Assembly (NCBI GenBank): GCA_039591655.1
Contig: JBDHDE010000058.1
Location: forward strand, 1-15,143
Direction of reading: 5' to 3'
DNA from: Gemmatimonadota bacterium
GTDB taxonomy: Bacteria; Gemmatimonadota; Gemmatimonadetes; Gemmatimonadales; GWC2-71-9
DNA: 15,143 nucleotides
In this document: positions 7,009 through 15,143 of the stretch, one piece after another
How the letters are laid out: each line of letters opens with the position of its first letter
Position numbering within the stretch: position 1 is the first letter of the stretch
Program-made: the position numbers and the translations under genes
Notes under the pieces: generated by a model
The model's input: the letters and a program-made list of their open reading frames with translations, nothing else
Told to the model about the DNA's origin: nothing
The model's database searches: none

Positions 7009-7783
7009 GAGCCGGTTGCGCGCTGTCTCCTGACTCCGCACCCTCGCCCCCAAGGTGGCGCCAGAGGAACGCCGCCCGCTCCATGCGCTGCTCGATCTCG
7101 GCGACGTATCGCTCGTAGGCATCGGTCTCGACTCCCGGGTGCCAATGGGCGGGTCGGGGGAGCCCCGCCGCCAGCAGCGCCGCCTCGTGCTCCGTGAGCG
7201 CCGCCGCCGGCTTCCCGAAGTAGCGGCGCGCCGCTGCCTCCGCCCCGTAGACCCTCGGCCCGAACTCCACAACGTTGAGATACAGCTCCAGAATCCGCCG
7301 CTTCGTGAGGTGGCGTTCGAGCTGCCGCGTCAGCAGCAGCTCCTCGAGCTTGCGGATGGGGCTGCGGGACGGCGAGAGCCAGAGGTTCTTGGCGAGCTGC
7401 TGCGTGATGGTGGAGGCACCGCGGAGCCGACCGCCGGAAAGGGCGTCGCGCACCGCCTCCCAGGTCTCGTGGGTCGAGAAGCCCCGGTGCGAGAAGAACT
7501 CCAGGTCCTCGGCCGCCACTACGGCGCGCTTGAGGTGGGGCGAGATGCGCTCCCACGGGACCGGCAGCCAGGCGGCGACCACGTGCTCGTCCGCCTCCCG
7601 CTGCCGTGCCCGGTACCGCTCGATGAACGCCGTCGTCTCCGGGTCTCGCTCGGCGAGGGCCGCCACGTCAGGCCAGGTCAAGGCCCGGAAGGTCGCGTAC
7701 CCGCCCGCCGCCAGGACGAGTGCTGCCACGGCCAGGAGCGCTACGCTCACGCCGCGGCTCACGTCACCGCCCGCCGCGCCCAC
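7001..7783 (-). CDS. mtgA: Monofunctional biosynthetic peptidoglycan transglycosylase (GT51)
   Basis: N-terminal TM followed by GT51 motifs EDLEFFSHRG, GASTITQQLAKNL, RKLEE and KRRILELYLN, with no transpeptidase domain. The start is uncertain (GTG 7783, 7762 or 7750). Confidence 0.93.
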   Translation of the reverse strand: MGAAGGDVSRGVSVALLAVAALVLAAGGYATFRALTWPDVAALAERDPETTAFIERYRARQREADEHVVAAWLPVPWERISPHLKRAVVAAEDLEFFSHRGFSTHETWEAVRDALSGGRLRGASTITQQLAKNLWLSPSRSPIRKLEELLLTRQLERHLTKRRILELYLNVVEFGPRVYGAEAAARRYFGKPAAALTEHEAALLAAGLPRPAHWHPGVETDAYERYVAEIEQRMERAAFLWRHLGGEGAESGDSAQPALR

Positions 7784-7811
7784 TCCACCAGCGCCGACTG
7801 GTCGCGCGCCA

Positions 7812-8300
7812 TCAGAACGTGTCCCCGCCCTGGGGCGGTGGCCACGCGCCCAGTTGCCGCCTCAGCATCACGATCTCCCCCAGGTGATAGCTATTGTGGC
7901 ACATGATCATCAGGAGGTTGTCTCGCACGGTGCGCCACCGGTCGGACTCGACGACAGCGTCTAGATCCACCTCCGGGCTGTCCAGCATGGCGTCGATCTC
8001 CCACAGGCCCGCCGTGAACGACTCGATGGTGTCATCCCACTCGGTTTGGCCCGCGGGGGCAGGGGGTGCGGTCCATCCCTCGGCCGCGCTCTCGGGAAAC
8101 GGAGGCGGCGTGCCCCTCATACGCTCGATCCCGATGTCCTGCCAGTAGATCATGTGCCTGAGGAGCTGGAACACCGAGTGCGGTAACCCCTCGGGGACCG
8201 CGCCCGCCTGCTCCGCACTCAGTCCTTCCAGGGCGTCGAGCATGTGAACGTGACTGTAGACGCCGAGGAGCTGTGCCTTAAGGGTCTCTCGTTCGCTCAC
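7812..8300 (-). CDS. DinB/YfiT-like four-helix metalloprotein (162 aa)
   Basis: His pattern PHSVFQLLRHMIYWQ ... HNSYHLGEI. Start moved from track 8426 to GTG 8300, which follows a strong AGGAGG RBS. Confidence 0.88.
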   Translation of the reverse strand: MSERETLKAQLLGVYSHVHMLDALEGLSAEQAGAVPEGLPHSVFQLLRHMIYWQDIGIERMRGTPPPFPESAAEGWTAPPAPAGQTEWDDTIESFTAGLWEIDAMLDSPEVDLDAVVESDRWRTVRDNLLMIMCHNSYHLGEIVMLRRQLGAWPPPQGGDTF

Positions 8301-8451
8301 GTGGTCCTCCTGGATGACACCCCTGCCGCCCGGGCCGTCCCCATGTATATTCGCCACTTCCCTCCCCACAAGGAGTCCCTCATGGGTGCTGGGGATCTGG
8401 CAGTAGGGGCCGCTGCGGAACACCATCTCGAGAGCTCCGTTTCACCCGACC

Positions 8452-9627
8452 ATGGCAGCGCCGACGATGCGCGCTGACGCCGACTACATCGCCACCACCC
8501 TCAGCGACCTAGTCCGCATCAACTCCATCAACCCCGCATTTAGCGACGGCACGACAAGCGAGCGGGAAGCCGCCGAGTACGTCGCCGCCGCTCTGGAGCA
8601 CCTCGGCATGGAGGCTCTCACCCACGAGGCCAAGCCAGACCGGCTGAGCACGGTTGGGCGCCTAGCGGGTGCCGGGGGCGGCCGCAGCCTCATGCTGTAC
8701 GGGCACCTCGACACGGTGGGGGTCGGGGCGATGGCCGACCCGTTCGGCGCCACGGTCAGGGACGGTCGGCTCTACGGGCGCGGCGCCTACGACATGAAGG
8801 GCGGTGTCGTGGCATGCATCGCCGCGGTGAAGGCCCTGGTGGACGCGGGCATCACCCTCGCGGGTGATCTCCTGATGGTGGCGCCGGCCGACGAAGAGGT
8901 CGCGAGCATCGGCATGCAGCAGGTGCTGGAGCACCACCGGGCCGACGCCGCCGTCGTCACCGAGCCCACCGAGCTTGGGTTCTGCCTTGCGCACAAGGGC
9001 TTCACCTGGATCGACGTTGAGACGACGGGGCGCGCCGCCCACGGCAGCCGGTTCGAGGAGGGCGTGGACGCCAACATGCACATGGGCCGCGTGCTGGCGG
9101 AGTTGGAGTTGGTGGAGCGCGAGCTCAGGGGGCGCCCGCCGCATCCCCTCCTGGGACCACCGTCACTCCACGCCGGCGTGCTCCGGGGCGGAACGGGGCC
9201 CAGCATCTACGCGGCGCAGTGCCACCTGGAGATCGAGCGTCGCACGCTGCCCGGAGAGACCGAGGCTGACGTGGTGCGGGAGGTGGAGGAGATCGTCGAG
9301 CGTCTCGCAGCACGTGACCCCACGTTTCAGGCCACGGTGCGCCCCCGGCTCACCCGGGAGCCCTTCGAGGTGGACCCGCAGGCGCCAATCGCCAGAGCTG
9401 TGGAGGAGACGGCGAACGATGTGCTGGGCCACGCCCCGGGTCGGGTGGGGATGTCCTACTGGATGGACGCGGCGCTGCTGGCTGCGGCGGGTATTGAGAC
9501 GGTGGTCATCGGCCCCTCAGGGACCGGGGCGCACGCCGATGAAGAGTGGGTGGACCTGGAGTCGGTGGTGCGGCTAGCGGAGATCCTCGCCCGAACTGCC
9601 ACAGCATACTGTGGCACCGGCGGCTGA
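8452..9627 (+). CDS. M20 family metallo-deacylase (ArgE/DapE-like)
   Basis: YGHLDTV, LYGRGAYDMKGG, ADEE, VTEPT, GRAAHGS and C-terminal AHADEE. The start could be ATG 8467. Substrate cannot be assigned from the sequence. Confidence 0.92.
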   Translation: MAAPTMRADADYIATTLSDLVRINSINPAFSDGTTSEREAAEYVAAALEHLGMEALTHEAKPDRLSTVGRLAGAGGGRSLMLYGHLDTVGVGAMADPFGATVRDGRLYGRGAYDMKGGVVACIAAVKALVDAGITLAGDLLMVAPADEEVASIGMQQVLEHHRADAAVVTEPTELGFCLAHKGFTWIDVETTGRAAHGSRFEEGVDANMHMGRVLAELELVERELRGRPPHPLLGPPSLHAGVLRGGTGPSIYAAQCHLEIERRTLPGETEADVVREVEEIVERLAARDPTFQATVRPRLTREPFEVDPQAPIARAVEETANDVLGHAPGRVGMSYWMDAALLAAAGIETVVIGPSGTGAHADEEWVDLESVVRLAEILARTATAYCGTGG

Positions 9628-9654
9628 GACCGACGCCCCTACCGTGCACCCAGC

Positions 9655-10539
9655 CTACTGAGCGGTAGCCTCCAGGAAGAACTCGGCGACCGCGAACGCC
9701 GGGTCGATGTCGCCCTTGGGCCAGACGTGCCCGGCTCCCAGGATCGTGTAGAGCGCCACCCGCGAGCCGGACTGACACGGGTCCCACTCGTCCACCCGCA
9801 CCCGCCAGCCATCGTCCGCTAGGTCCGGCTCGAGGCGGCCCACCGACCGACCCACACAGCCGTTGTGTCCGCGCCAGAGGTCGATAGCGGCAACCGCCGA
9901 GATGGTGGTGAACTCGCCCAGGTCGACCGCGCTTCCCGCATACGGGAACAACTGGTCATGCGTCCCCGCCATGAGGATCATCGCCACGGGCTCTGAGGGA
10001 TCGCACGCCTGGCTCACGGGCCGTGACATCGTGGTAGCCACGACCCCGATGCCGGCGAACTCGGCGGCCGCGTCGCAACCCACGCGATGGGCGAAGAGCC
10101 CGCCCTGGGAGAAGCCCACGGCGAACACCCTGCTGCGGTCGATGCCCCACCTGTCGTCCAACCGATCAATCAGGGCACGCATGAACCCCACGTCATCCAC
10201 CCCATCCAGGTCGGCGGTGGAACAGCCGCAGCCCTCGGCCCAGTCCGAGGTCGCATCGGGGTACACCACGATGAACCCCAGGCTGTCGGCCGCCGGGTCG
10301 AAGTCGGAGACGTCCCGCATCGTCGCCCCGGTGCCGGGTGAGGCATGCAGAGCGATGATGAGGGGGATGTCCATCCCCCGCTCGTAGCGGCGGGAGATGT
10401 GGGCATCGTAGATGCGGAGCGCTCCATCGAAGGTGAGGGAGTCCGTCAGGTCGCCGCCGGGCCCCGGTTCGTGGGCGCCCTCACAGGCGAGGGCGCCGAA
10501 GGCCAGTGTAAGCGCCGCAACCAGGACGTTGGACTTCAT
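9655..10539 (-). CDS. LpqC / PHB-depolymerase-like alpha/beta-hydrolase esterase, predicted lipoprotein
   Basis: Lipobox ALAC, IALH, FIVVYPD, DDVGFMRALID, nucleophile elbow GFSQG, acid GTHD and catalytic His GAGHVW. Confidence 0.88.
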   Translation of the reverse strand: MKSNVLVAALTLAFGALACEGAHEPGPGGDLTDSLTFDGALRIYDAHISRRYERGMDIPLIIALHASPGTGATMRDVSDFDPAADSLGFIVVYPDATSDWAEGCGCSTADLDGVDDVGFMRALIDRLDDRWGIDRSRVFAVGFSQGGLFAHRVGCDAAAEFAGIGVVATTMSRPVSQACDPSEPVAMILMAGTHDQLFPYAGSAVDLGEFTTISAVAAIDLWRGHNGCVGRSVGRLEPDLADDGWRVRVDEWDPCQSGSRVALYTILGAGHVWPKGDIDPAFAVAEFFLEATAQ

Positions 10540-10601
10540 GCAGATCCTCTGATCGGTGGTGACCCACCTAACTACCCGGGTGGCTGCCGGGGTTCCCGTC
10601 C

Positions 10602-11993
10602 CTAGGCATCCAGCTTTCCGAACAGGTTGTTCAATGACTCCGCCAGCGTGGGGTGTGCGAAGGTCGCGTCCCGCAGGCCCGTGTACGGCAGCTTGCCCAT
10701 CATGGCAATCTGGATCATGGACATCAGCTCGCCACCCTCCAGGCCCAGCACCGCGCAGCCGAGGATCTGCTTGGACTCGGCGTCCACCACCACCTTCATG
10801 AGTCCTCGAGTCTCGTCCACCTCGATGGCCCGAGCAACGTGGCTCATGGGCATGGTGGCCACGCGGTAATTCAACCCCTGCGCCTTGGCCTGTTCCTCGG
10901 TGAGCCCCACGCGCCCGAGCTGGGGATCGATGAACACCGTGTATGGCACGAACCGGTCCTCGATGGTGGCGTTGCCGGCCTCCAGCAGGTTGGTGCTGAG
11001 CACCCGGAAGTCGTCGTAGGAGATATGGGTGAATGCGGGTCCACCCTTCACGTCGCCCAGGGCATATATGCCCGAGACGTTGGTCTCCAAGCGTTCGTTG
11101 ACCGGGATGAACCCGCGCTCGTTCACCTCCACGCCGGTCGCCTCGAGGTTCAGGCGGTCGGAGTTAGACCGCCGCCCGAGGGCCACCAAGAGATGGGACC
11201 CCTCCACGGTGCGCCCGCCGTCCGGGCCGGCTAGCGTGAGCCGGAGCATGTCGCCGACCTTGCTCACCTCAGTCGCAGCGCTGCCGAGCAGCACCTCGAT
11301 ACCATCCTCCTCGAGGATCTCGCTGATCGCCCCACACACGTCAGGGTCCTCTCGGGGGGCGAGGCGGGGCTCCCTCTCCACAACGCTCACCGCGGCCCCG
11401 AAGCGGCGGAACATCTGCCCGAACTCGAGCCCGATGAACCCGCCGCCCAGCACGATGAGATGCTCGGGAACGGCATCGAGCTCCATCACCGTAGTGGAAG
11501 TGAGGTACGGCACCGCTTCAAGGCCGGGGATGGGAGGAACGGCGGGGCGAGCGCCCACGTTGATGAAGATCTTGTCGGCGGTGAGGGTGCGGGTACCGCC
11601 CTCGTTCAGCTCGACAGTGACCCGCTTGGGACCCGAGAACCTCGCCTCTCCCATGAGGAGATCCAGCTTCTCCCACCGCTCGAGGCCGCGGCGGCTGCCG
11701 GAGCTGAAGCTCTCGACAATCTCCCGCTTGCGCTTGCGGACCACGGTCTGGTCCACCGCGACGGGAGCAGTGCTCACTCCGTAGTCCACTCCCCGGCGTG
11801 CCAGGTAGGCCACCCGGGCGCTCGCCACCATCGTCTTGGTGGGAGTGCACCCCACGTTCACGCAGGTGCCGCCAAGGTACTCCTTCTCGATGATGGCGGC
11901 ACGCCACCCCGCGCCGGCAAGGCGGCCGGCAAGCGGGGCACCGCCCTGGCCGCTGCCGATGACGATGGCGTCGTAGGTATCCGGCTTCGTCAA
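10602..11993 (-). CDS. Class I pyridine nucleotide-disulfide oxidoreductase, RclA/YkgC-like (often annotated 'mercuric reductase')
   Basis: FAD motif GSGQGG, redox CxxxxC in [25 protein letters not shown] and [12 protein letters not shown]. There is no HMA domain and no C-terminal Cys-Cys. TTG start follows GGGAG. Confidence 0.9.
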   Translation of the reverse strand: MTKPDTYDAIVIGSGQGGAPLAGRLAGAGWRAAIIEKEYLGGTCVNVGCTPTKTMVASARVAYLARRGVDYGVSTAPVAVDQTVVRKRKREIVESFSSGSRRGLERWEKLDLLMGEARFSGPKRVTVELNEGGTRTLTADKIFINVGARPAVPPIPGLEAVPYLTSTTVMELDAVPEHLIVLGGGFIGLEFGQMFRRFGAAVSVVEREPRLAPREDPDVCGAISEILEEDGIEVLLGSAATEVSKVGDMLRLTLAGPDGGRTVEGSHLLVALGRRSNSDRLNLEATGVEVNERGFIPVNERLETNVSGIYALGDVKGGPAFTHISYDDFRVLSTNLLEAGNATIEDRFVPYTVFIDPQLGRVGLTEEQAKAQGLNYRVATMPMSHVARAIEVDETRGLMKVVVDAESKQILGCAVLGLEGGELMSMIQIAMMGKLPYTGLRDATFAHPTLAESLNNLFGKLDA

Positions 11994-12020
11994 CTGAGGC
12001 TCCCGTCGATGAGAGGCAGC

Positions 12021-12049
12021 ACCTTAGCCGGTCGGCGGCAAGGGGTCAA
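12021..12049 (-). promoter_or_regulatory. Putative sigma70 promoter of the disulfide reductase gene
   Basis: Minus strand TTGACC (12049-12044), 17-nt spacer, TAAGGT (12026-12021), 27 nt upstream of the TTG start. Confidence 0.6.
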
Positions 12050-12151
12050 TACGGGGAGGACTGACGTGCTCGGGCTTCCGGACCCGCGGATTGCGGGCTC
12101 GTTGGGCCACCTCCGTTGCAGCGTGCGAGCGCGCTCGCTGCCACAGGCAAC

Positions 12152-12175
12152 GCGCCCGGCACGACGGCCGGGCGC
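12152..12175. terminator. 9-bp GC hairpin downstream of the NTF2-like gene (terminator-like)
   Basis: GCGCCCGGC, loop ACGACG, GCCGGGCGC. There is no clear U-tract. Confidence 0.35.
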
Positions 12176-12221
12176 TCGCGATCACCCACTCAATGCCGAG
12201 TTGTCTCCAGCGGCGAGGCCC

Positions 12222-12761
12222 TCAGTCTTGTAGCTCCGCCGGCACGGGATGCTCGGGCGTGGGGATGTCGTTCGTCACCGCAGCAATCTTCCACTGCCCG
12301 TCCTGCTTGACAACCAGGAAGCTGTCCACGCCCTGCTGGGGCGGCCGCTCGGAGTCGGGGAAGAACGCCTCGTACAGCACCAGCACGTGGGCCATGTCAT
12401 GGAAGACCGCGGTCTTCACCTTGACCACCCGCTCCTGGAAGCCCCGCTCGATGACGTTGGCCCGCTCGATGAAGGTGACGAAGTCCTGCACGAAGCCGTC
12501 CACCGAGAACACGGTGGTGCCTTCCCGGCTCGTGCGCAGCACGACCACCGCCTCGGGAATGAACGCCGCCCTCACCTTGTCCCAATCGGGTGTCGTACCC
12601 GGCTCTGAGCTGACCAGCGAGTAGAGGTTCGTGACCACACCCTCGGCGGTGTTGGCCATGTCCTTCTCGGGCGGAGGTGGTTCTTGTGCCGCGACGCCGA
12701 CATTCAACAACGCCACCAGAAGCGCTACCTGAAGCACGACCTTTCCTGGAGAGCTGCGCAT
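12222..12761 (-). CDS. Secreted NTF2-like (SnoaL/DUF4440-type) protein
   Basis: Sec signal ending VAA|Q. The helix PDWDKVRAAFIPEA is followed by beta strands and the typical C-terminal GVDSFLVVKQDGQWKIAAV. Confidence 0.78.
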   Translation of the reverse strand: MRSSPGKVVLQVALLVALLNVGVAAQEPPPPEKDMANTAEGVVTNLYSLVSSEPGTTPDWDKVRAAFIPEAVVVLRTSREGTTVFSVDGFVQDFVTFIERANVIERGFQERVVKVKTAVFHDMAHVLVLYEAFFPDSERPPQQGVDSFLVVKQDGQWKIAAVTNDIPTPEHPVPAELQD

Positions 12762-12827
12762 GGTATCTGCCCTGTGAAGTTGAAGTGTTCTGTGTCGAGC
12801 CCGCAGCGATCGTGACTCCTCGGCGGA

Positions 12828-13904
12828 CTATCGATCTCCGTACAGCGCCACGCTCGCGATCCTCCCCTCCGGGCCGCTGATCCACCCGGCCCGCGGTCCC
12901 GCGAATCCGATCCCCCAGTAGTTCAGCGAATCCAACGCCTGCCACGTCATCCCGCCATCCACTGAGTAGTCCGCCCCGGCCGGTCCCACCGCCACAAGGG
13001 TCGGCGCTGGCGCACCCGGCACCCAGGCGGTCCCGTAGATCGCACCCGGGAACGTCGGGCGGGCGGCGAGGGTCCAGGACTCGCCTCCGTCCGACGTGAC
13101 AGCTACGTTGTCGGTGTAGGCCTCGGGGCTCGCGATGTCGCCGCCCGCCACTACCCCGTGCTGGCGGTCACGGAACGCCACCGCGGCGATGCCGGCTGCC
13201 TCTCCGGCCACGATAGGCGTCGCGAACGCCGACCAGGTGCGCCCCCGATTAGTGGTCTTCAGCACCCGGGCCGTCGCGGCGGCGCCGGTACCGATCCATG
13301 CGGTGCTGTCGCCGAGGGTCACCACGCAGGTGCCGCTGGCCGCGAAGCTCCCCTCCCCCAGCAGCGCCGGGGGCAAGCTCTCATCCGACACCCGTTCCCA
13401 GGTCTCGCCGTTCGCGGTCCGCATGATGACGAAGCGCCCGTCCACCGCGTCGCTGAACGCCACGCCGCTCATCGGGTCCCAGAAGTCGAAGCAGTCGAAG
13501 AAGCCGTCGGGCTCGGGGTTGGTGAACTGGAGCGCCCAGGTAGCGCCGCCGTCAGTGGTCTTGTAGATCCGCGACAGCTGACCGGGCCCGGCGCTCAACA
13601 GGTACGCAAGGTTGGCGTCCACAGCGTGCACGTCGCGGAATTGCAGTGAGTCGGCGCCGGGCACCACGCCGACGGTCCAGCTCGTCCCGCCGTCGGTAGT
13701 GCGGGCGAACGTGCCCCCCAGCCCGCTGGCCCACACGACCTGTTCGTCCACGGCGCTCACGGCCTGCAGCCGCTCGGCCGTGCCGCTCACTTGCTGCACG
13801 AGCGTGGGGTTCGGCGCCGGCGGTGAGCGGTCGCAGCCCACGCACGCCACAACGGGCAGAAGGAGGAACCACGCAACCGGTGCTCGCGGGCGCATTCGCA
13901 TCAT
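12828..13904 (-). CDS. BNR/Asp-box repeat beta-propeller (YCF48-related), probable lipoprotein
   Basis: Six Asp-box-like repeats: RTTDGGTSW, KTTDGGATW, RTANGETW, KTTNRGRTW, VTSDGGESW and YSVDGGMTW. The signal peptide ends VVAC or VGC. Confidence 0.88.
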   Translation of the reverse strand: MMRMRPRAPVAWFLLLPVVACVGCDRSPPAPNPTLVQQVSGTAERLQAVSAVDEQVVWASGLGGTFARTTDGGTSWTVGVVPGADSLQFRDVHAVDANLAYLLSAGPGQLSRIYKTTDGGATWALQFTNPEPDGFFDCFDFWDPMSGVAFSDAVDGRFVIMRTANGETWERVSDESLPPALLGEGSFAASGTCVVTLGDSTAWIGTGAAATARVLKTTNRGRTWSAFATPIVAGEAAGIAAVAFRDRQHGVVAGGDIASPEAYTDNVAVTSDGGESWTLAARPTFPGAIYGTAWVPGAPAPTLVAVGPAGADYSVDGGMTWQALDSLNYWGIGFAGPRAGWISGPEGRIASVALYGDR

Positions 13905-13909
13905 TCCCC

Positions 13910-14605
13910 CTAGTGCGCTGCTGTCGTCGCGGCCATGACCGGCACCGTCGCGGCAATGATCATGGCAGCCTGGACGGCCTCGATCGCCTCGCGCGTGGCA
14001 GTACCGACCAGGTCACCCTTGGTGATCTGGTCGAGACGCTTCTTGCGGCCCTTCAGCTTCTTCTTGTCGAACACCACCTTCAGAATCCCAGAGCTGCGGG
14101 CCAGTGCCACGAGCACGATGGTTCTTGGATCGAGCTCCCGGGTGTAGGTGAAGATCGCCCGCCGCAGGCGCGCGATCAGCTCACGCTCCGGCGTGGGGTC
14201 GATCTCCGGGTAGATCTTGCGCTTGAAGATGAGGAGCACCTTGTCCTCATCGGCCTTGAGGATGCGGCGCTCGCACAGCCCCAGTGCCACCCGGTGTCGC
14301 AGTTGCTTCACTCGGGCGAGGCGCCCCACCCAGGTCTGGAGCGAGGCACGGCGCTTCGCTGTCTTGATCTTCTCGAAGCACTCGTCGAGCAGCGGCTCCC
14401 CAACGGGCTTCGCCCTCGGGGGCAGGACCACCAGCTTCTTCCGCTTCGACTCCTCGACCTTGATCCGCTCCTGGAGGAGGAGCTCGGCCAGCAGCGCGCC
14501 GCCGAGGGCAAGCGAGTACTGGGTGCCCATGGCGATCGTACCCTCCTCGTCCCGCAGCGCCAGGAGCAGGATCTCCTCGTGCAGGTAGAGCCCGTTGTGT
14601 CGCAT
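13910..14605 (-). CDS. GOLPH3/Vps74 (GPP34) family protein
   Basis: LYLHEEILLLAL...GGALLAELLLQERI...EPLLDE...QTWV...LCERRIL...LLIFKRKIYP pattern, recognised from memory of the GPP34 family. GAGG RBS present. Confidence 0.85.
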   Translation of the reverse strand: MRHNGLYLHEEILLLALRDEEGTIAMGTQYSLALGGALLAELLLQERIKVEESKRKKLVVLPPRAKPVGEPLLDECFEKIKTAKRRASLQTWVGRLARVKQLRHRVALGLCERRILKADEDKVLLIFKRKIYPEIDPTPERELIARLRRAIFTYTRELDPRTIVLVALARSSGILKVVFDKKKLKGRKKRLDQITKGDLVGTATREAIEAVQAAMIIAATVPVMAATTAAH

Positions 14606-14814
14606 AGCTGACCTCTATCTCTCTCCGCGTTCCGGCACGACACCCACCCTATCCGGAACACGTTCGCCGCATGGTTGCTCTCTGTTGGATGTCCCGTCGT
14701 AGGCTAAACACACCACGGTGCTAGCCGGTTGCCTCAGGCGGGCGGGCATCAGGACATTCCACCACGCCGTCACTCACTATCCGTCGCGACGAGCGAGGCC
14801 GCACCAAGAGCTAC

Positions 14815-14835
14815 TTGCGAGCGTAATACTCGCAA
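14815..14835. promoter_or_regulatory. Inverted repeat TTGCGAG-N7-CTCGCAA, candidate operator
   Basis: Perfect 7-bp arms (14815-14821, 14829-14835) with an AT-rich spacer CGTAATA, in the divergent intergenic region. Confidence 0.4.
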
Positions 14836-14865
14836 TTCAATGGTACTCATGGGCGCCTAGGGCTG

Positions 14866-14884
14866 CGCTTGACCCCCGCTTGAC
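14866..14884 (+). promoter_or_regulatory. Tandem TTGAC direct repeat (11-bp period), copy 2
   Basis: CGCTTGACCCCCGCTTGAC, a perfect 8-nt repeat (CGCTTGAC x2), 50 nt upstream of ATG 14935. Confidence 0.45.
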
Positions 14885-14934
14885 ACGGAACTAGAAGCAT
14901 GCACCGTGCAGCGCAGGAGGTGGAGGGTACTGGC

Positions 14935-15143
14935 ATGAAGCATCGACGACCCACAGCAGCGACATTGATGGCAGCCATGCTTGTCCAACTAGGCGGGTGC
15001 GCCACGCCGAAGCACGGGTGGGAAGTCCAGGAGGCAGCACCAGAGAGCGTTCTCGCCGAACAGTCCCCGGATCGCGTGCGGGTCACCAAGACCGATGGTA
15101 CGCGCCTACAGATATGGGAGCCCCAAATAGCAGGGGATTCCCT
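14935..15143 (+). CDS. Hypothetical lipoprotein, 5' part only (truncated by the window edge)
   Basis: Not in the track. Hand translation after GGAGGG: MKHRRPTAATLMAAMLVQLGGCATPKHGWEVQEAAPESVLAEQSPDRVRVTKTDGTRLQIWEPQIAGDS... It has a basic N-terminus, a hydrophobic core and an LGGC lipobox, and is open to the end of the window. Confidence 0.8.
   Translation, partial: MKHRRPTAATLMAAMLVQLGGCATPKHGWEVQEAAPESVLAEQSPDRVRVTKTDGTRLQIWEPQIAGDS

Noticed and set aside
4219..7964. Long alternative-frame ORFs (4219..5115 -, 6469..7272 -, 6597..7556 -, 7055..7906 +, 7275..7964 +)
   Set aside because: They overlap motif-bearing genes, have R/G/P-biased composition and show no recognisable domains.
8301..8451. 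TATATT (8347-8352) as a promoter for the M20 gene, and the DinB extension to 8426
   Set aside because: There is no credible -35 element. The DinB start at 8300 has a much better RBS.
10602..11993. Call as merA or lpdA
   Set aside because: No C-terminal Cys pair, HMA domain or mer operon, and no 2-oxoacid dehydrogenase context. Motifs fit the RclA-like group better.
14700..14733. Resemblance to the 3' half of a c-di-GMP-I riboswitch (GGCTAAAC...CTAGCCGGTTGCC)
   Set aside because: The 5' half (GGCAAA...GNRA...GACGCAAAGC) is absent upstream.
1..15143. CRISPR arrays, tRNA/rRNA genes, transposases, integrases, phage or defence genes
   Set aside because: No regularly spaced repeats, cloverleaf motifs or such protein motifs were seen on either strand.

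Overview
GC-rich (about 68-70% by eye) bacterial chromosomal window, most likely Gemmatimonadota or similar (inferred from the style of the F0 subunits and the many orphan lipoproteins; not proven). The left part holds a minus-strand F-type ATP synthase cluster, atpZ-like/atpI/atpB/atpE/atpF/atpH. It stops after atpH and is followed by a 12-bp hairpin and a 3-hydroxyisobutyrate-dehydrogenase-family gene instead of atpA. Diverging from it are a MoxR AAA+ ATPase with no DUF58/VWA partners in view, a lipoprotein amidohydrolase and a glycine-zipper lipoprotein. These are followed by mtgA, a DinB-family gene, an M20 (ArgE/DapE) deacylase, an LpqC-like esterase, an RclA-like flavin disulfide reductase, an NTF2-like secreted protein, a BNR/YCF48-like lipoprotein, a GOLPH3/Vps74 (GPP34) protein and a truncated lipoprotein at the right edge. 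I saw no rRNA, tRNA, CRISPR array or mobile element. I cannot support a clear-cut novel multi-gene system. The best leads are non-coding: a multi-stem RNA with alternative pairings between atpB and atpE, and a 19-nt tandem TTGAC motif shared upstream of two distant lipoprotein genes.
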